Below are positions 1 through 11,258 of a stretch of DNA of 64,000 bases, piece after piece (positions within the stretch are counted from its first letter, which is position 1; every line of letters begins with the position of its first letter). The stretch covers positions 434,001 through 498,000 of the forward strand of contig BCGN01000001.1 of assembly GCA_001599295.1 (NCBI GenBank). The letters are read 5' to 3'. A program made the position numbers and the translations under genes. The notes below the pieces were generated by a model, which had not been told where the DNA came from, ran no database searches, and worked only from the letters and a program-made list of their open reading frames with translations. This stretch comes from Sporopachydermia quercuum. Taxonomy: Eukaryota.

Positions 1-1345
1 AGTCATCATCCACCTCCAAGAATCCCTCCAAGAATCCCTCCAAGGACCTCTGCGGTTTCTTATCCCCCACGCGATGTGTTGTTCAAATCGGCATTTGCTC
101 GGAAACTAGAGTCTCTTTCTAGATTGCCGTTCCAGTATGAAGACGGAGAGTTACTTGATTCGGCATTGGAAGTAATTGATTTGGCAAAAATATATGAGAG
201 TGCAGAGATAAGGTTTGGAAAAGAGGAAGAGAAAAGGCGGGACAATATCGGAAAGGAAATAGAAACGTGGGGTTACCAAGATTGTGTAATGCAAGAGTTA
301 TTGAAATGGTTTAAAAATGACTTTTTTGTATGGGTTGATAGCTTGAAATGCGAAAATTGTGAGGTATGTTTGTGCTTTGTATTGTAAAGTGGGAGATTTA
401 CAGTGGAGCAGATCTAACTATGTATTTGTGGCTGGAAAATCGGAAGGTTTAATGTGTGTTATCAGGTAATATGGAGTTTGAGTTTGTCTTATCCGTCGGT
501 GCCTCTTCAATCTTTTAATATAAATGAACTTACCCCCCTGAGAAAGATATACCGAAGTAGGTGATTTACTTTCATGAAAGTGATGAGCCAAATTTGAGTC
601 ACATTTGCCCCACTTTTTACTTGTTCCTCCTTTCTTTTTTCCTACCAACTCTGACTTCCACTAACATTTATCTTAGATCCCCACTAAAATCCTATCAGCT
701 ACTCCTCCAACCCAACAGGAATCTCAATATGGGACCACAAACACAGAGCTACACAAATGTCCCTCTTGTTCCCGCATTTACAGATTCCCAAGGTACAACT
801 CACCTCGTATCCTGCTCCAAACAAGGAAGGGAAGATGCGGGGAGTGGGCCAATTGCTTTGCCCTCCTAGCTAGAGCATTAGGCGCTCGTATCCGCTATGT
901 TTGGAATGCGGAAGATCACGTGTGGACAGAAATATTCTCCTATTATAAAAATAAATGGGTACACGTTGATAGCTGTGAGGAAGCGTGGGATCATCCGAGA
1001 TTATATACCAATGGGTGGGGTAAAAAGATGTCATATGTCGTTGGTTTTGGGGTAGATGGATGTGTAGATGTTACAAGACGGTATGTTGATATGCGTGGTA
1101 GCAACTTATTACCGAGAAAGCAAATTGATGAGATACAATTGAAATTGGTGTTAGGTTTTTTAACGGAAGAGATGCGGAACAGATTTACATTGGCGGAAAA
1201 GGAAAAACTAAGGTTAGAAGATGAAGCGGAAGAAGCAGAGTTAAGACGGTTACAAGGAGACATTGTGGAGCGAGAAGAACGGATGCTGCCAAGGCAAACT
1301 GGAAGTTTGGATTGGAAGAAAAGCCGAGGGGAAGATGGAAGCTGA
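1..1345 (+). CDS. PNG1: Peptide:N-glycanase (5' end outside the window; 2 exons visible)
   Basis: Exons <1..363 and 677..1345. Intron GTATGT(364)..CTAAC..TAG(676). Spliced product has WFKNDFFVWV, CENC and CPSC zinc pairs, RFPRYN, TRKGRCGEWANCF (catalytic Cys), EDHVWTE and WVHVDSCE (catalytic His/Asp). Confidence 0.95.
13..44 (+). repeat. 12-bp tandem repeat CCTCCAAGAATC x2.7 (encodes PPRI repeats in the PNG1 frame)
   Basis: Units start at 13, 25 and 37, read directly from the sequence. Confidence 0.85.
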
Positions 1346-4300
1346 GTGACTTGGATATATGCTGTTGACGTGTGGAGTATGTTGCTCTTAGAAAGTTGTA
1401 TGTGAAATTTTACGCCATTTTAACCCTTATCTGGCTACCTGTTCGAATATCGCCAAGGACTCGCAATTCATAGCTGGTTGTTTCCGTACTGGTCCAGTGA
1501 TCCGCATTCGAGAAATTGCAACCGCTATTACTTCCCTTCAGACTATTATCATAGGGGTGTACTAGCAAAGTGGTGTAGCTATAATTGAATGGAGGTCGTA
1601 GAGCCATTATTTTAGTCTATTGAGAATATCGGAAAATATTATATGATGAGCTTATAAAGTCACATTTAAATAATGTTTGGATAGATAAATAGAGCTAAAC
1701 TTTATTTTGACCGCCGTTTGAAAGTTTAATTGTTTTTATTGATTATTCTGATTATTTGATTGATCCTCTAAATATAAAACGAAATCACTTAAAGGTAATA
1801 GTCTCTATGAATTCAAAAGATTATCTGTATTCCAGAAGTATTTTCATCAAAATCATATAAATTCCTATCCTGTTTCTCATAATACCTAGGATGGAAATAG
1901 AATTTTATTATCAAACTTAAGAATTAGCTAAGATTTTGAATTTACATAAAGTTCCTTGAAATCTGGGGTACAACTTTTTTTATTTTTTATTTTAGAAGGG
2001 CTTTACAGTCATTAGATCTTTCTTAACCTCATCAGCATAACATTTAATGAATCCACAACCAGCACCTATTTTATAGAACTTCTATTAAATTTACTTGAAT
2101 GTAGTTGACCCTATTTATAGTCTCATTTAACATACTGGAGTACAAAAAGTACCACTTTATAAACGTTCAAATCTTTCAAAACCATAAGGTTTATACAAAC
2201 CTTATTTCGGTTTAAACCTGTATTCCAAAGGGTTGAAGAAGACCGAGAATATGGAGAGAAAAGCTTGAAAAACTTCCGTAGGACCTAATCAAATTGAATT
2301 AACTGTTATTCAGAAAACAAGCTGTAATTCATTCTCTTTTTTTTTTCAGCAGGTTGGTTCAATTGTGNAGCAAGGGTAAGTTTTGATGCTTTGTTTTTTG
2401 TTTTTCTTATCCGATACTTTGTTATGCATAATGCGATTATCCGATAGCAAGTACTGCAGTTCGGATAAACTGCATATGAGAAAATCATATTGATACATCA
2501 CTGGTGGGTGGTATTGGAAAAATATATGATAAATAAAATGAAGCATTTTTCACTTGAACAATTTAGTGGAATTTGATCTTCGTTTCTCACTTAGTAGTAG
2601 TTATAAGCTATTTTCCTACAATGTTAAACCTTTTTAAACTACTCTCATAATATGAAGTCTCTCATAGGAGCATATCTGGATTATTATATTTTTATGTTTC
2701 GGACCTATGCTTTTCGTATATCATATCATCAACTCAATTTCAAGCTATTCATTAGTAAATCTCGTAAATCCTGTTTCTGATCATCCAATATTATCTAGCA
2801 TTACTCCACTAATTAATACAGCCATTACACAATTACAGAACAGTGAATAACTTAAATATGTTACATCTTTTTGACATTTTCTGCCTTGAGTATGCATGGA
2901 ATAAGCTCTCAACCTTAATTATAGCCGTCTAAACCCTAATATAAAGTCTACTTAGGGTGATTATTCACAATTTAGTTCATGTTTTATTCCGGATTACAAA
3001 CTCAATTGGCCAGAAAGCCCCATATTGAGATGGCATGCCATTATATGACTGGCGATGAATTAATTAGATAGCAAGAATGAAAAAAAAAAAGGTGGGTAGT
3101 GATTTGCTTGGTTGCTTCTTAGTATTCATCCTCTATTGTTCATTGATTTCAAAAGTGTGGGGTCAAAAGCTGTATGTAGCAGGGTTGATTAAGTGACATC
3201 TCATGTGTCTTGTATTCCTGTGATTCACAGTTCTGGCAATGTATGATTTTAAGTAGATATGGTACACAGCTAACCGGTTAGTGCTAGCTAGTAATGAAGT
3301 ATCATAGGAGGGAACTGAATACTGTCCTTCGGGATTTCAACCAACATTCAGAACTCTGGTGTGATTTCGAGGAGATATTGTTTCACAATCAAGGTAAATT
3401 TTTTACATCGGAACTAGAAAAGTACTAATAGTTTGATTTGGGACAATCTGACATTACTTATATCTACACAAATGCTTTTCTTAACGATTCATGACGAAAT
3501 ATCATGACTGGGATTTTTTGGATTGATAGAATAGCTTGAAAAAGCTCTACCTTATCACAGCATAATAAATAGCTGAAGAATGAATGTCAAAGGACCATCA
3601 GGGTTATCAGCGTTGAATGGAAGAGAAGTGAGAGGCAGAAAGTGATTCAATATCAGAATCCGATTCGTTACAGATCACATGATCTATAATCATCTTTCTA
3701 CTATGAGACGTCTAGTGTGGATGTTGATGTATTCAAATAAAAGAACAGACAAATAAAAAAGGAATTCATACAGCAAGAGATATATGGTTTCTCTTATCAA
3801 CGATTATAATAAATCATGAAATAAGTGAAGTAACGTAACGGTTCAAGAAGTACCGCCCTTNTATTAATGTTGCATAGTAGCCTACGAACTCAGTAAAACA
3901 TTAAGATTTTAGAGCANTTATTATGGCACCACTATCTAGCAGAATAAATTTGCGAAGAGCCAATCGATATGTGATAAAAACAGACCACATCCGAAATGAT
4001 TCATGTCTTGAAATCTATCCTTTGTCTATTCAGTCACTGAATCCAAATCGTTTCAGTTAATGCATTCCTGTCCAAAACATGCATACATTGCATTGCTTAT
4101 GTGGCTTCTTATTGTCTTATATTTCATACGAGCGAAAGATGATCAGATTTGATGTATCGAATGTCCATAACGGAAGNCAGATGAATCAAAAGACTTGAAC
4201 GATTGGCAGGTATTATATTATTGATAATATAATGAGCCAAAGAAAAAAGGAAAGGCCATCAAGTTTGTAGCAGTTTCTCTTTTTATCTAATACGGTTGAT

Positions 4301-5484
4301 TTTTGTTAGATTTNAAACTACATTTTATCAGATTGAAAATTCTGTTGAAGCTCACTTTGAAGGCTGTCCCAATCTGTCCGAAAAATAAGTGAAATGACAT
4401 GACAAGGCAGCTCTAAAGTGATGGCTCAACAAACACGAATATAGAAAACAGGGATTTACATCCTGAAACCAAAAATACAGTCTGTCGACTGTAGTATATA
4501 ATACGGCTGCAATTGAGTTTTCTTTCTAAATGTAATGAAATTATCAAACTCTGGGCAAAAGAAAACTTTTTGTAATGCTATAAACAAGTGAATAAAATGT
4601 CACACTATATATCAGAATGTCTTGAGTGACAGGACAATAATAATCACAGTAGCGAGTAGGTATCAACATCAGTTTTAGTCTTCCAGATAGCGTGCGATGA
4701 CAGTCATCTAGAGTGTAAGGGAGATTCATAGGAATGCACTAATCACACCAAATGACCCTAGTAAACTCACACTGTTGAACTCCAAATCTCCAATAAACAA
4801 TCACAACTTTGATTATTCCCATTAACCTACCTTTAATTGTAATGATAAAAATCCTTTTCTGGTTTCTCCGTCATTCCACCCATACCCAAAAACCCATCAA
4901 CTTTTTCTCCCATGAAATTAACCATATTACACTTACTCTTTTTCGTCCTCATTTTAGGAAAGCCAGCTATTAAACCTTATAATGCTTTTAGTTTGAACCT
5001 AATCAACACACCTGCCATTTACGTGATTAATCTCTGAACCTTATTTCCTCATCATTCCTAACCCTGAATTTTATTCATCTATTACTTTCAAACAGTTTTT
5101 GGTGATATTTGTTACGATAATTATGGTAGAATTTTTGATGAAGCGTTTCCAGTCAGTTGTCTCCCTGCTAGTTATCTTATTCTCATAAATAAATTAGTTA
5201 TTCCGATCGTAAAATGTATAAAATCCTTACGAATCCCGTATCTTTTTGCTTTCCTTACTTCTCTTATAAGAGCTTATGATTATAATCCAGTCTTGTCTTC
5301 TAACTTATAACTTCAAATCTATAAATTATTTTACTTTGAAATAGTACTATCACTGAAAACACTCATACCAAAATTATCTATTCAGTGCTGTCGAATGGAA
5401 ACTATCGGAGCTTTTTTGGCCGTTTTATTCTTTCTTCAGATCAACCTACTACAACTAATTCTACAGTAGATATATGCTATTACT

Positions 5485-6288
5485 ATGTCAGACGACCTAG
5501 AAAAACAAGGACAAGGAGCTTCGGGTTCAGAGCTTGAAGATGCTTTTGATAATTCACCTGACCTTAATCATATAACTCGTGTTACAACCTCAGGTGACAA
5601 CAACGAATATGTGACATTAGGAGCTCATACTTACCATAGGGATGAGCTATTAAGAGCCTTTGGTGGTACTTTGAATCCTGGCGGCAATCCAGTTCCAAGT
5701 AGAAAGTTTGGTAATCCTGTTCCACTAGGTCTATCCGCATTCTCTCTCACGGCCTTGTTAATTGGACTATGTTTAGTTAGAGCCCGTGGTGTAACGAACA
5801 CAAATATCGTAAACGGAATGGCATTTTTCACTGGAGGATTGGGACTTACCATTGCTTCTATTTGGTGCATAGCTGTTGAAAACACATTTGCTGCCACGGT
5901 TTTTGGTGCATATGGTGGATTCTGGCTATCTTTCGGTGCAATCGTAACAAATAGCTTTGGAATTGCCAGCTCATACACTGATGCAAATGAGTTCAGTCAG
6001 GCAATGGGCTTGTATTGTTTATGTTGGACATTATTCTCGATTTTCTGTACTTCATTAACTTTGAAATCTACATGGGCATTCTTTATTCTCTTCGTTCTTA
6101 TTGATATTTTATTTTTATTACTCTCGATTGGTTATTTTACTGGAAGCACACCTGTTATGAAATCAAGTGGCTACTTTGCAATTTTTTTAGCTCTTACTGG
6201 ATTTTATAACGCGTATGCTGGGTTGTACACCCCTGAAAGTTCTTATATTCCATATAAGAGTCACTATATGCCTGGTGCAGTTCTATAA
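5485..6288 (+). CDS. ADY2: GPR1/FUN34/YaaH-family acetate/ammonia transporter (Ady2/Ato-like)
   Basis: 267 aa with AFGGTLNPG, KFGNPVPLGLSAF, ENTFAATVFGAYGGFW and about six hydrophobic segments. Confidence 0.9.
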   Translation: MSDDLEKQGQGASGSELEDAFDNSPDLNHITRVTTSGDNNEYVTLGAHTYHRDELLRAFGGTLNPGGNPVPSRKFGNPVPLGLSAFSLTALLIGLCLVRARGVTNTNIVNGMAFFTGGLGLTIASIWCIAVENTFAATVFGAYGGFWLSFGAIVTNSFGIASSYTDANEFSQAMGLYCLCWTLFSIFCTSLTLKSTWAFFILFVLIDILFLLLSIGYFTGSTPVMKSSGYFAIFLALTGFYNAYAGLYTPESSYIPYKSHYMPGAVL

Positions 6289-6976
6289 GCTTGATTTTAT
6301 ATCTGCAAGGTTTTATGTTATTATTTTTGTTTTATTTTTTATGTACTATCATCATTGTAGGTTCAAATAGCTGTAAGAATAGCATTCAGTTGTTTTCTCA
6401 CGTGAATATAAATCCCTGTACTATTTTCAGAAGAATATCAATAATAGAACAAGTGCAGTATCAGATCTATATTATAAAGTTGACAGATTGTTCGAATGTA
6501 ACTCATATTCCGTCTTTATTCAGCAACAGAATTTGCAAGGTGAAGAATGGTTCACTCTTGGTTCTATATCCCTTTTGTCTTTTTGCTTCTTTGTCTTGAG
6601 CGTTCAGGAGATTCTAAATTTGTTCTATTCCATCTGGCTGAGTACACCCACCTTCAAGTCCCAAGTATGTGCTTACGGGGTTAACACAATATATATATAT
6701 CAATATCCTGTTACTTGTCAATTTTCTATTTTCCTATCCATGCTCTTATCTATACCCCCTATCTATACCCAATCTCTGTAATAAATCGTCATTTCATGTC
6801 ATGTAAGAGATTGTGAAATATCTTACTCTTGCTCGCTTTCACATCCTCTTAATCAATCAATCTCTCTTCCTCAACCAAATATATTTCATTAATTCAACCC
6901 AACCAGCATATTCCCGTTCATCTTCTTCTTCTTCTTCTGAAATCATTCCTTGCCAGTTCAGGTAACACCTTCTATA

Positions 6977-7849
6977 TCAAATTTTCAACTTTGGCTTGTT
7001 GGAAAAAGGCAAAGGAATGATATTGATATTGAACCAAGTATTATTTTCATCAGATAAATTAGTGAATGCAAATAAAAATCCAGATACAGAGCCAATGACA
7101 CCAATAACTCCAGCCGCTTTCTGACAACCAACACTTTGAACCAGGGTACTAATTGTCATCAACAAAAATTGAAGCGTCAGTAAAAAGTAAAATGAAAATT
7201 CCTGAACTGAACTTTTGAGTCTTGTAAGCAATGAAACCACGGCAACAAAAAGCCATGACAAATAGAAAAATCCCAAAGCATTGAATTCTTCAACTTCAGT
7301 ATCGTAAGCTTCCAAAATACTAAATCCAGGTGTATATGTTGTAGCTAACCCAACCCAGAAAGCAGCAAACGATCCTAAAGAGAAAGCTTCTACTGTACGT
7401 TCAGTTGCCATTGCCCACATTGATGCACACACTTGAACCAACCCACCATAGAAAAATCCTAAGCCGATAATGATATTAGGGAACTTGACACCACGAGCTT
7501 CAGTTAATGTTAATGAATAAACAAATAATGTTAGCGAGAAAGCTGAATAGCCCAGTGGTAAAGGGTTTCCAAATTTTCTAACGGTTTTTGTAGGGAAAAC
7601 TGTGTTATTTTCACCAATAACGAATCCTAAAACATTAAGCATGTCGTTCTTATAAACTGAATGCCTGCCAAAATGCAATTTATCGCCATGGCTGTACACT
7701 TTTTCAATTCTGGAAGAGCTTGTAGTTGCATCGTCCGCGTTAGTAGCATTTGCCTCAATAGTGCTGGTGACATTCAAGGGTTCGGGGTTTAAATCATTAG
7801 CTTGTATATTACTATTGACTGAGGTGTCGCTTAAGATAGATTGAGGCAT
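6977..7849 (-). CDS. Divergent GPR1/FUN34/YaaH-family transporter (ATO paralog)
   Basis: 290 aa with KFGNPLPLGYSAFSLT, ARGV..PNIIIGLGFFYGGLVQ and KAAGVIG; convergent with the upstream paralog. Confidence 0.85.
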   Translation of the reverse strand: MPQSILSDTSVNSNIQANDLNPEPLNVTSTIEANATNADDATTSSSRIEKVYSHGDKLHFGRHSVYKNDMLNVLGFVIGENNTVFPTKTVRKFGNPLPLGYSAFSLTLFVYSLTLTEARGVKFPNIIIGLGFFYGGLVQVCASMWAMATERTVEAFSLGSFAAFWVGLATTYTPGFSILEAYDTEVEEFNALGFFYLSWLFVAVVSLLTRLKSSVQEFSFYFLLTLQFLLMTISTLVQSVGCQKAAGVIGVIGSVSGFLFAFTNLSDENNTWFNINIIPLPFSNKPKLKI

Positions 7850-9521
7850 TTTTGAATTGGCGGTGTTTGCGATGTCGATTGAATGTATTATTTCTTCTGC
7901 TGAAGTGCGAGAACTCTTTTATTGGCTGTATTGGAGTCTGTTGGTTTTGATCCTTTTTGTTCCTACAAAAAACTTGCTTTTACTTAGCTGAGTCGATTCT
8001 ACCAGCAATCCTCAAAAAATGTAGAACAATCTTGTGATATTAAGGTACCTTATGAAAACCTGTGTTTAGATAAATCCGATGTTTGAATATGTTCGAACCT
8101 GCTTTGAAAGAGGTCTCTCACTTACTGTTCCAGGCAAACGTATAATTAGCCTGTGGCTAAACCCGATTGAAATTTAACTAAAACCGTAAACAAACAAAAC
8201 TCAGGGGTTCAGTTTTAAACCNCCAAAATATTTGAAAGGCAATTCCTGTCGTGCTTATAGTAAAAGGCGTTGAAAGCATTAGAGAAAAATGTGAAAACTG
8301 AGAGGTTTTAATACTTGGATCGTTATCTCTATATTAATAGTAACTCATTTTTAATCAAATCACTTTCCAAATAAGTGAGAGGAAGTACAGCCGTGGGATG
8401 ATCATACTGAATGAAAAAATCTGTGAGGCTTTAGTTGAAGTTGAACCTGATTTGGGCAAACTAGAGGTTCCACATAAGATTAGAGTTTATGTATCTCAAT
8501 AGAATGAGATGTNAGAAGTGGGGCAGCATTAACTTTATATCTCGAAATCTTGAATCTTCGATGAGTTCCAATCAAAGAAGAGATCCTGTCGTTAAAATTT
8601 CATACTAGCACTAAATGATGGATGTTAACCTTTTCTTATGAATAACTGTTCTCCTTCTCAACTCTTTATTCCAAATCAACTTGATAAGTAAATTCAATTC
8701 TTCCTCGATCTTTACAGAGAAGAAGACAAAAAGATTTGAGAATGTGAACTTAGTATCGCTTGACTGTAAACCTTATTCTGGATCTTTGAGGGGTATCTTC
8801 CTTTTATGGAATATTCCAGGAACTGCCTTACCATAAGCAACCACTGTTATTGTTATTACTAATAGTTCCATCAATGATTGAACCGTCTTTTGATCCGAGT
8901 TTGACCCCAACCCATACATATTACAGAAGCTCGGTACTCTTCGGTGTAACTCCCTCTCTTTAATTAGTATGTTCGCTTGGTAGCATGCCCAAGTACGAAC
9001 CACTATTTCGGATTTGGTCACTACTTAATGAAGACATTTGCAACAACTCATGGATACTTTATCAAGATTGTTTTGGTTTTGTGGGTAAATAATTCTACTG
9101 ATTTCTTTATTGTGTTCTCCCAATGAATTTGAGTCGGTATGGAGGAGAAGGTACAATAAAAATAATGTAAAATACTGAAGCCTTGCGGGTCAGAAACTTA
9201 CCTCCGAAATTAGGTCCGAGTCGGCAGCTGGTCAAGTTGAACGGATACTAAAAGTGGGTATCTGTATATAGGACTATGAATACGAATTTGAATACAATCA
9301 CTTTTTCCGTGTTTGTGTGTATGTATAATTTTACGACGGCCTTTTTGCGATTTCTTATCCATGAAGAAAAGTATGTTTGAATGTATTGACACAGTGATGA
9401 AGTCCTTCCACAAAGATTTGAGCTGTATGAAACTATTATTGCCAATATCTCTTCTTTGAGAACCTACTTTGTGGAAATATGGCTATATCGTTGTATTCAT
9501 AAATCTTATCACTTGACTTGG

Positions 9522-9530
9522 AAATTTTCA
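9522..9530. promoter_or_regulatory. RRPE-like element upstream of RRT14
   Basis: AAATTTTCA (reverse complement TGAAAATTT) about 370 bp upstream of a ribosome-biogenesis gene; short motif in AT-rich DNA. Confidence 0.35.
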
Positions 9531-9896
9531 ATACTTGTATTTACGAGTCTCGGTTTTAACAACATATGCCAGTTGATTTGATCGAAGAATCTCGTCATTC
9601 TATCTGACTTAGGGAGTCATTATTGATTACATCATCGAATAAGATATGCGAATATAGATTACATAATCTGGAATTTTACTTATATTTTCACTACACATGA
9701 AAACTTTTTATAATATGGGAAGGACTTCAAAGTAGATAGCAAGAACTATCAAAATCGTAATTTTGTTCAGTGAACTAAAACAACAACGGTCGTTCAGATT
9801 CTGGGAAGAAACTGTTGGAATTCTTGTGATTGCATGAGGCTATACGAAAGTTTCCTAATTTACGAGTCTAAGTACTTAACATAAACTTGTGATACA

Positions 9897-10523
9897 ATGG
9901 CCAAATTAGCATACTCATCTAGAAAAACTCAGCTACGGGCGGAGCGCGAAACCAACGACCTATTGGAGAAGGTATTCGGTACGTCATTTGGTGATACAAA
10001 CATCAAATCAAATACAACATCTGCTATTATATCTTCTTTACCGAAAAAAAGTGAATTAAAGAGAATACAAAAGAGAAAAAAAGGAAAGCGCAAAGCCTTA
10101 CAAAAGAGATTGAATGAACAGGAAGAAGATATTCAATTAGCAGCGTCGATTAGCCTTACTAAAGAAGGACTTAGAAAGAATGGAAAAACAAGGAGAATGA
10201 ATGATGAAGGCCATAATGTGTTGAAAGGTAACAACAGCAAGATGAACCAAGTGATGAACATACTTCAGACCAAGATCAGGTCTAACAGAAGAGCAGTCGT
10301 TGAAATGAGTAAAAAATCGAGTGAACTAGACGAAAAGAAAGAAAAGGTGTTTTTGAACAGAGAAACGAGTAAGGAGAGAATTAAAAGCTCAGAAAAGAGA
10401 AGGTTCAGAGATTTTGGTTCTGTTAGAAGAACACCTGTTCGTAATTACACTGGCTTGACACCAGGGCTTGCACCAGTCGGACTTGGTGACGATGAGTCAG
10501 ACAGCGAGGAAGAAGAGGAATAA
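9897..10523 (+). CDS. RRT14: Regulator of rDNA transcription 14-like basic nucleolar protein
   Basis: 208 aa, Lys/Arg-rich, ending in GLTPGLAPVGLGDDESDSEEEE; convergent with MET18 as in S. cerevisiae (YIL127C/YIL128W). Confidence 0.85.
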   Translation: MAKLAYSSRKTQLRAERETNDLLEKVFGTSFGDTNIKSNTTSAIISSLPKKSELKRIQKRKKGKRKALQKRLNEQEEDIQLAASISLTKEGLRKNGKTRRMNDEGHNVLKGNNSKMNQVMNILQTKIRSNRRAVVEMSKKSSELDEKKEKVFLNRETSKERIKSSEKRRFRDFGSVRRTPVRNYTGLTPGLAPVGLGDDESDSEEEEE

Positions 10524-11258
10524 CTAGAGTAATAAAAAAATAACAAGTAGACTGGTATAGACAATGCTTACTGTACAATGAAAACCAAAGCACGTGTAAT
10601 TTTGATCGACAGCTTATCTGAGTCGCTCGCATCAGCACTTTTACAACTCTAGCGATGTATCCTGGAAATTTTCAGAATAATAAAGTTTCAAGTGAAACCC
10701 TCGAAGATTGCATGCATTTCATGAAGTTAGTTCTCGTGTTTCCAGACTTTGACTGAATCATGAATATTAATGGTGTTCTAGACTGAATTGATTTGGTTGA
10801 ACTAGAGTCCCATACCATGCATATCTTGACGCCCCAGCTGGCCAACCTACAGAGATATATACAACTTGACGACAATTGAAGATTTACGTGCACTTGTTAT
10901 TAAGGGTTACCTAACTTGTTTAAAGCAATAATAAGAACTCCAACAAATATACCATGAGAAGTAATCAAAAGCTGAATACTGTGACCCACAACTGAACTGG
11001 AGTGACTGGAATGCTTGAAATGCCTCACTGAGCATTTATTTGCATTTCTTTATTCGAACGTCGAGTTGCTATCACTTTCGGTGACTTACAAATTGAGTCG
11101 AATAGTGTAACATAAGAGGTACAGAAGGGATACATTGCATAGAACGATAATGTGGTTGTAGTTACGTAATAAAATAAATACATAATTCAAACATATTATA
11201 TATACCAAGTATGTAGAATTTACAACACAGAACACAATTTCGTACATTTATCACATAG

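Noticed and set aside
561..869. 102-aa ORF in the track
   Set aside because: Wrong frame across the PNG1 intron and exon 2; the true frame starts at 677.
5453..5469. Possible 5'-UTR intron acceptor (ACTAAT..TACAG) before ADY2
   Set aside because: No convincing upstream donor found; cannot be supported without transcript data.
6291..6781. Two ~100-aa ORFs between the ATO genes
   Set aside because: TTG starts, AT-rich 3'-UTR composition and no recognisable motifs.
8773..9445. Short minus-strand ORFs as a possible retroelement remnant
   Set aside because: No RT, integrase or gag motifs in the frames I read, and no LTR pair or target-site duplication.
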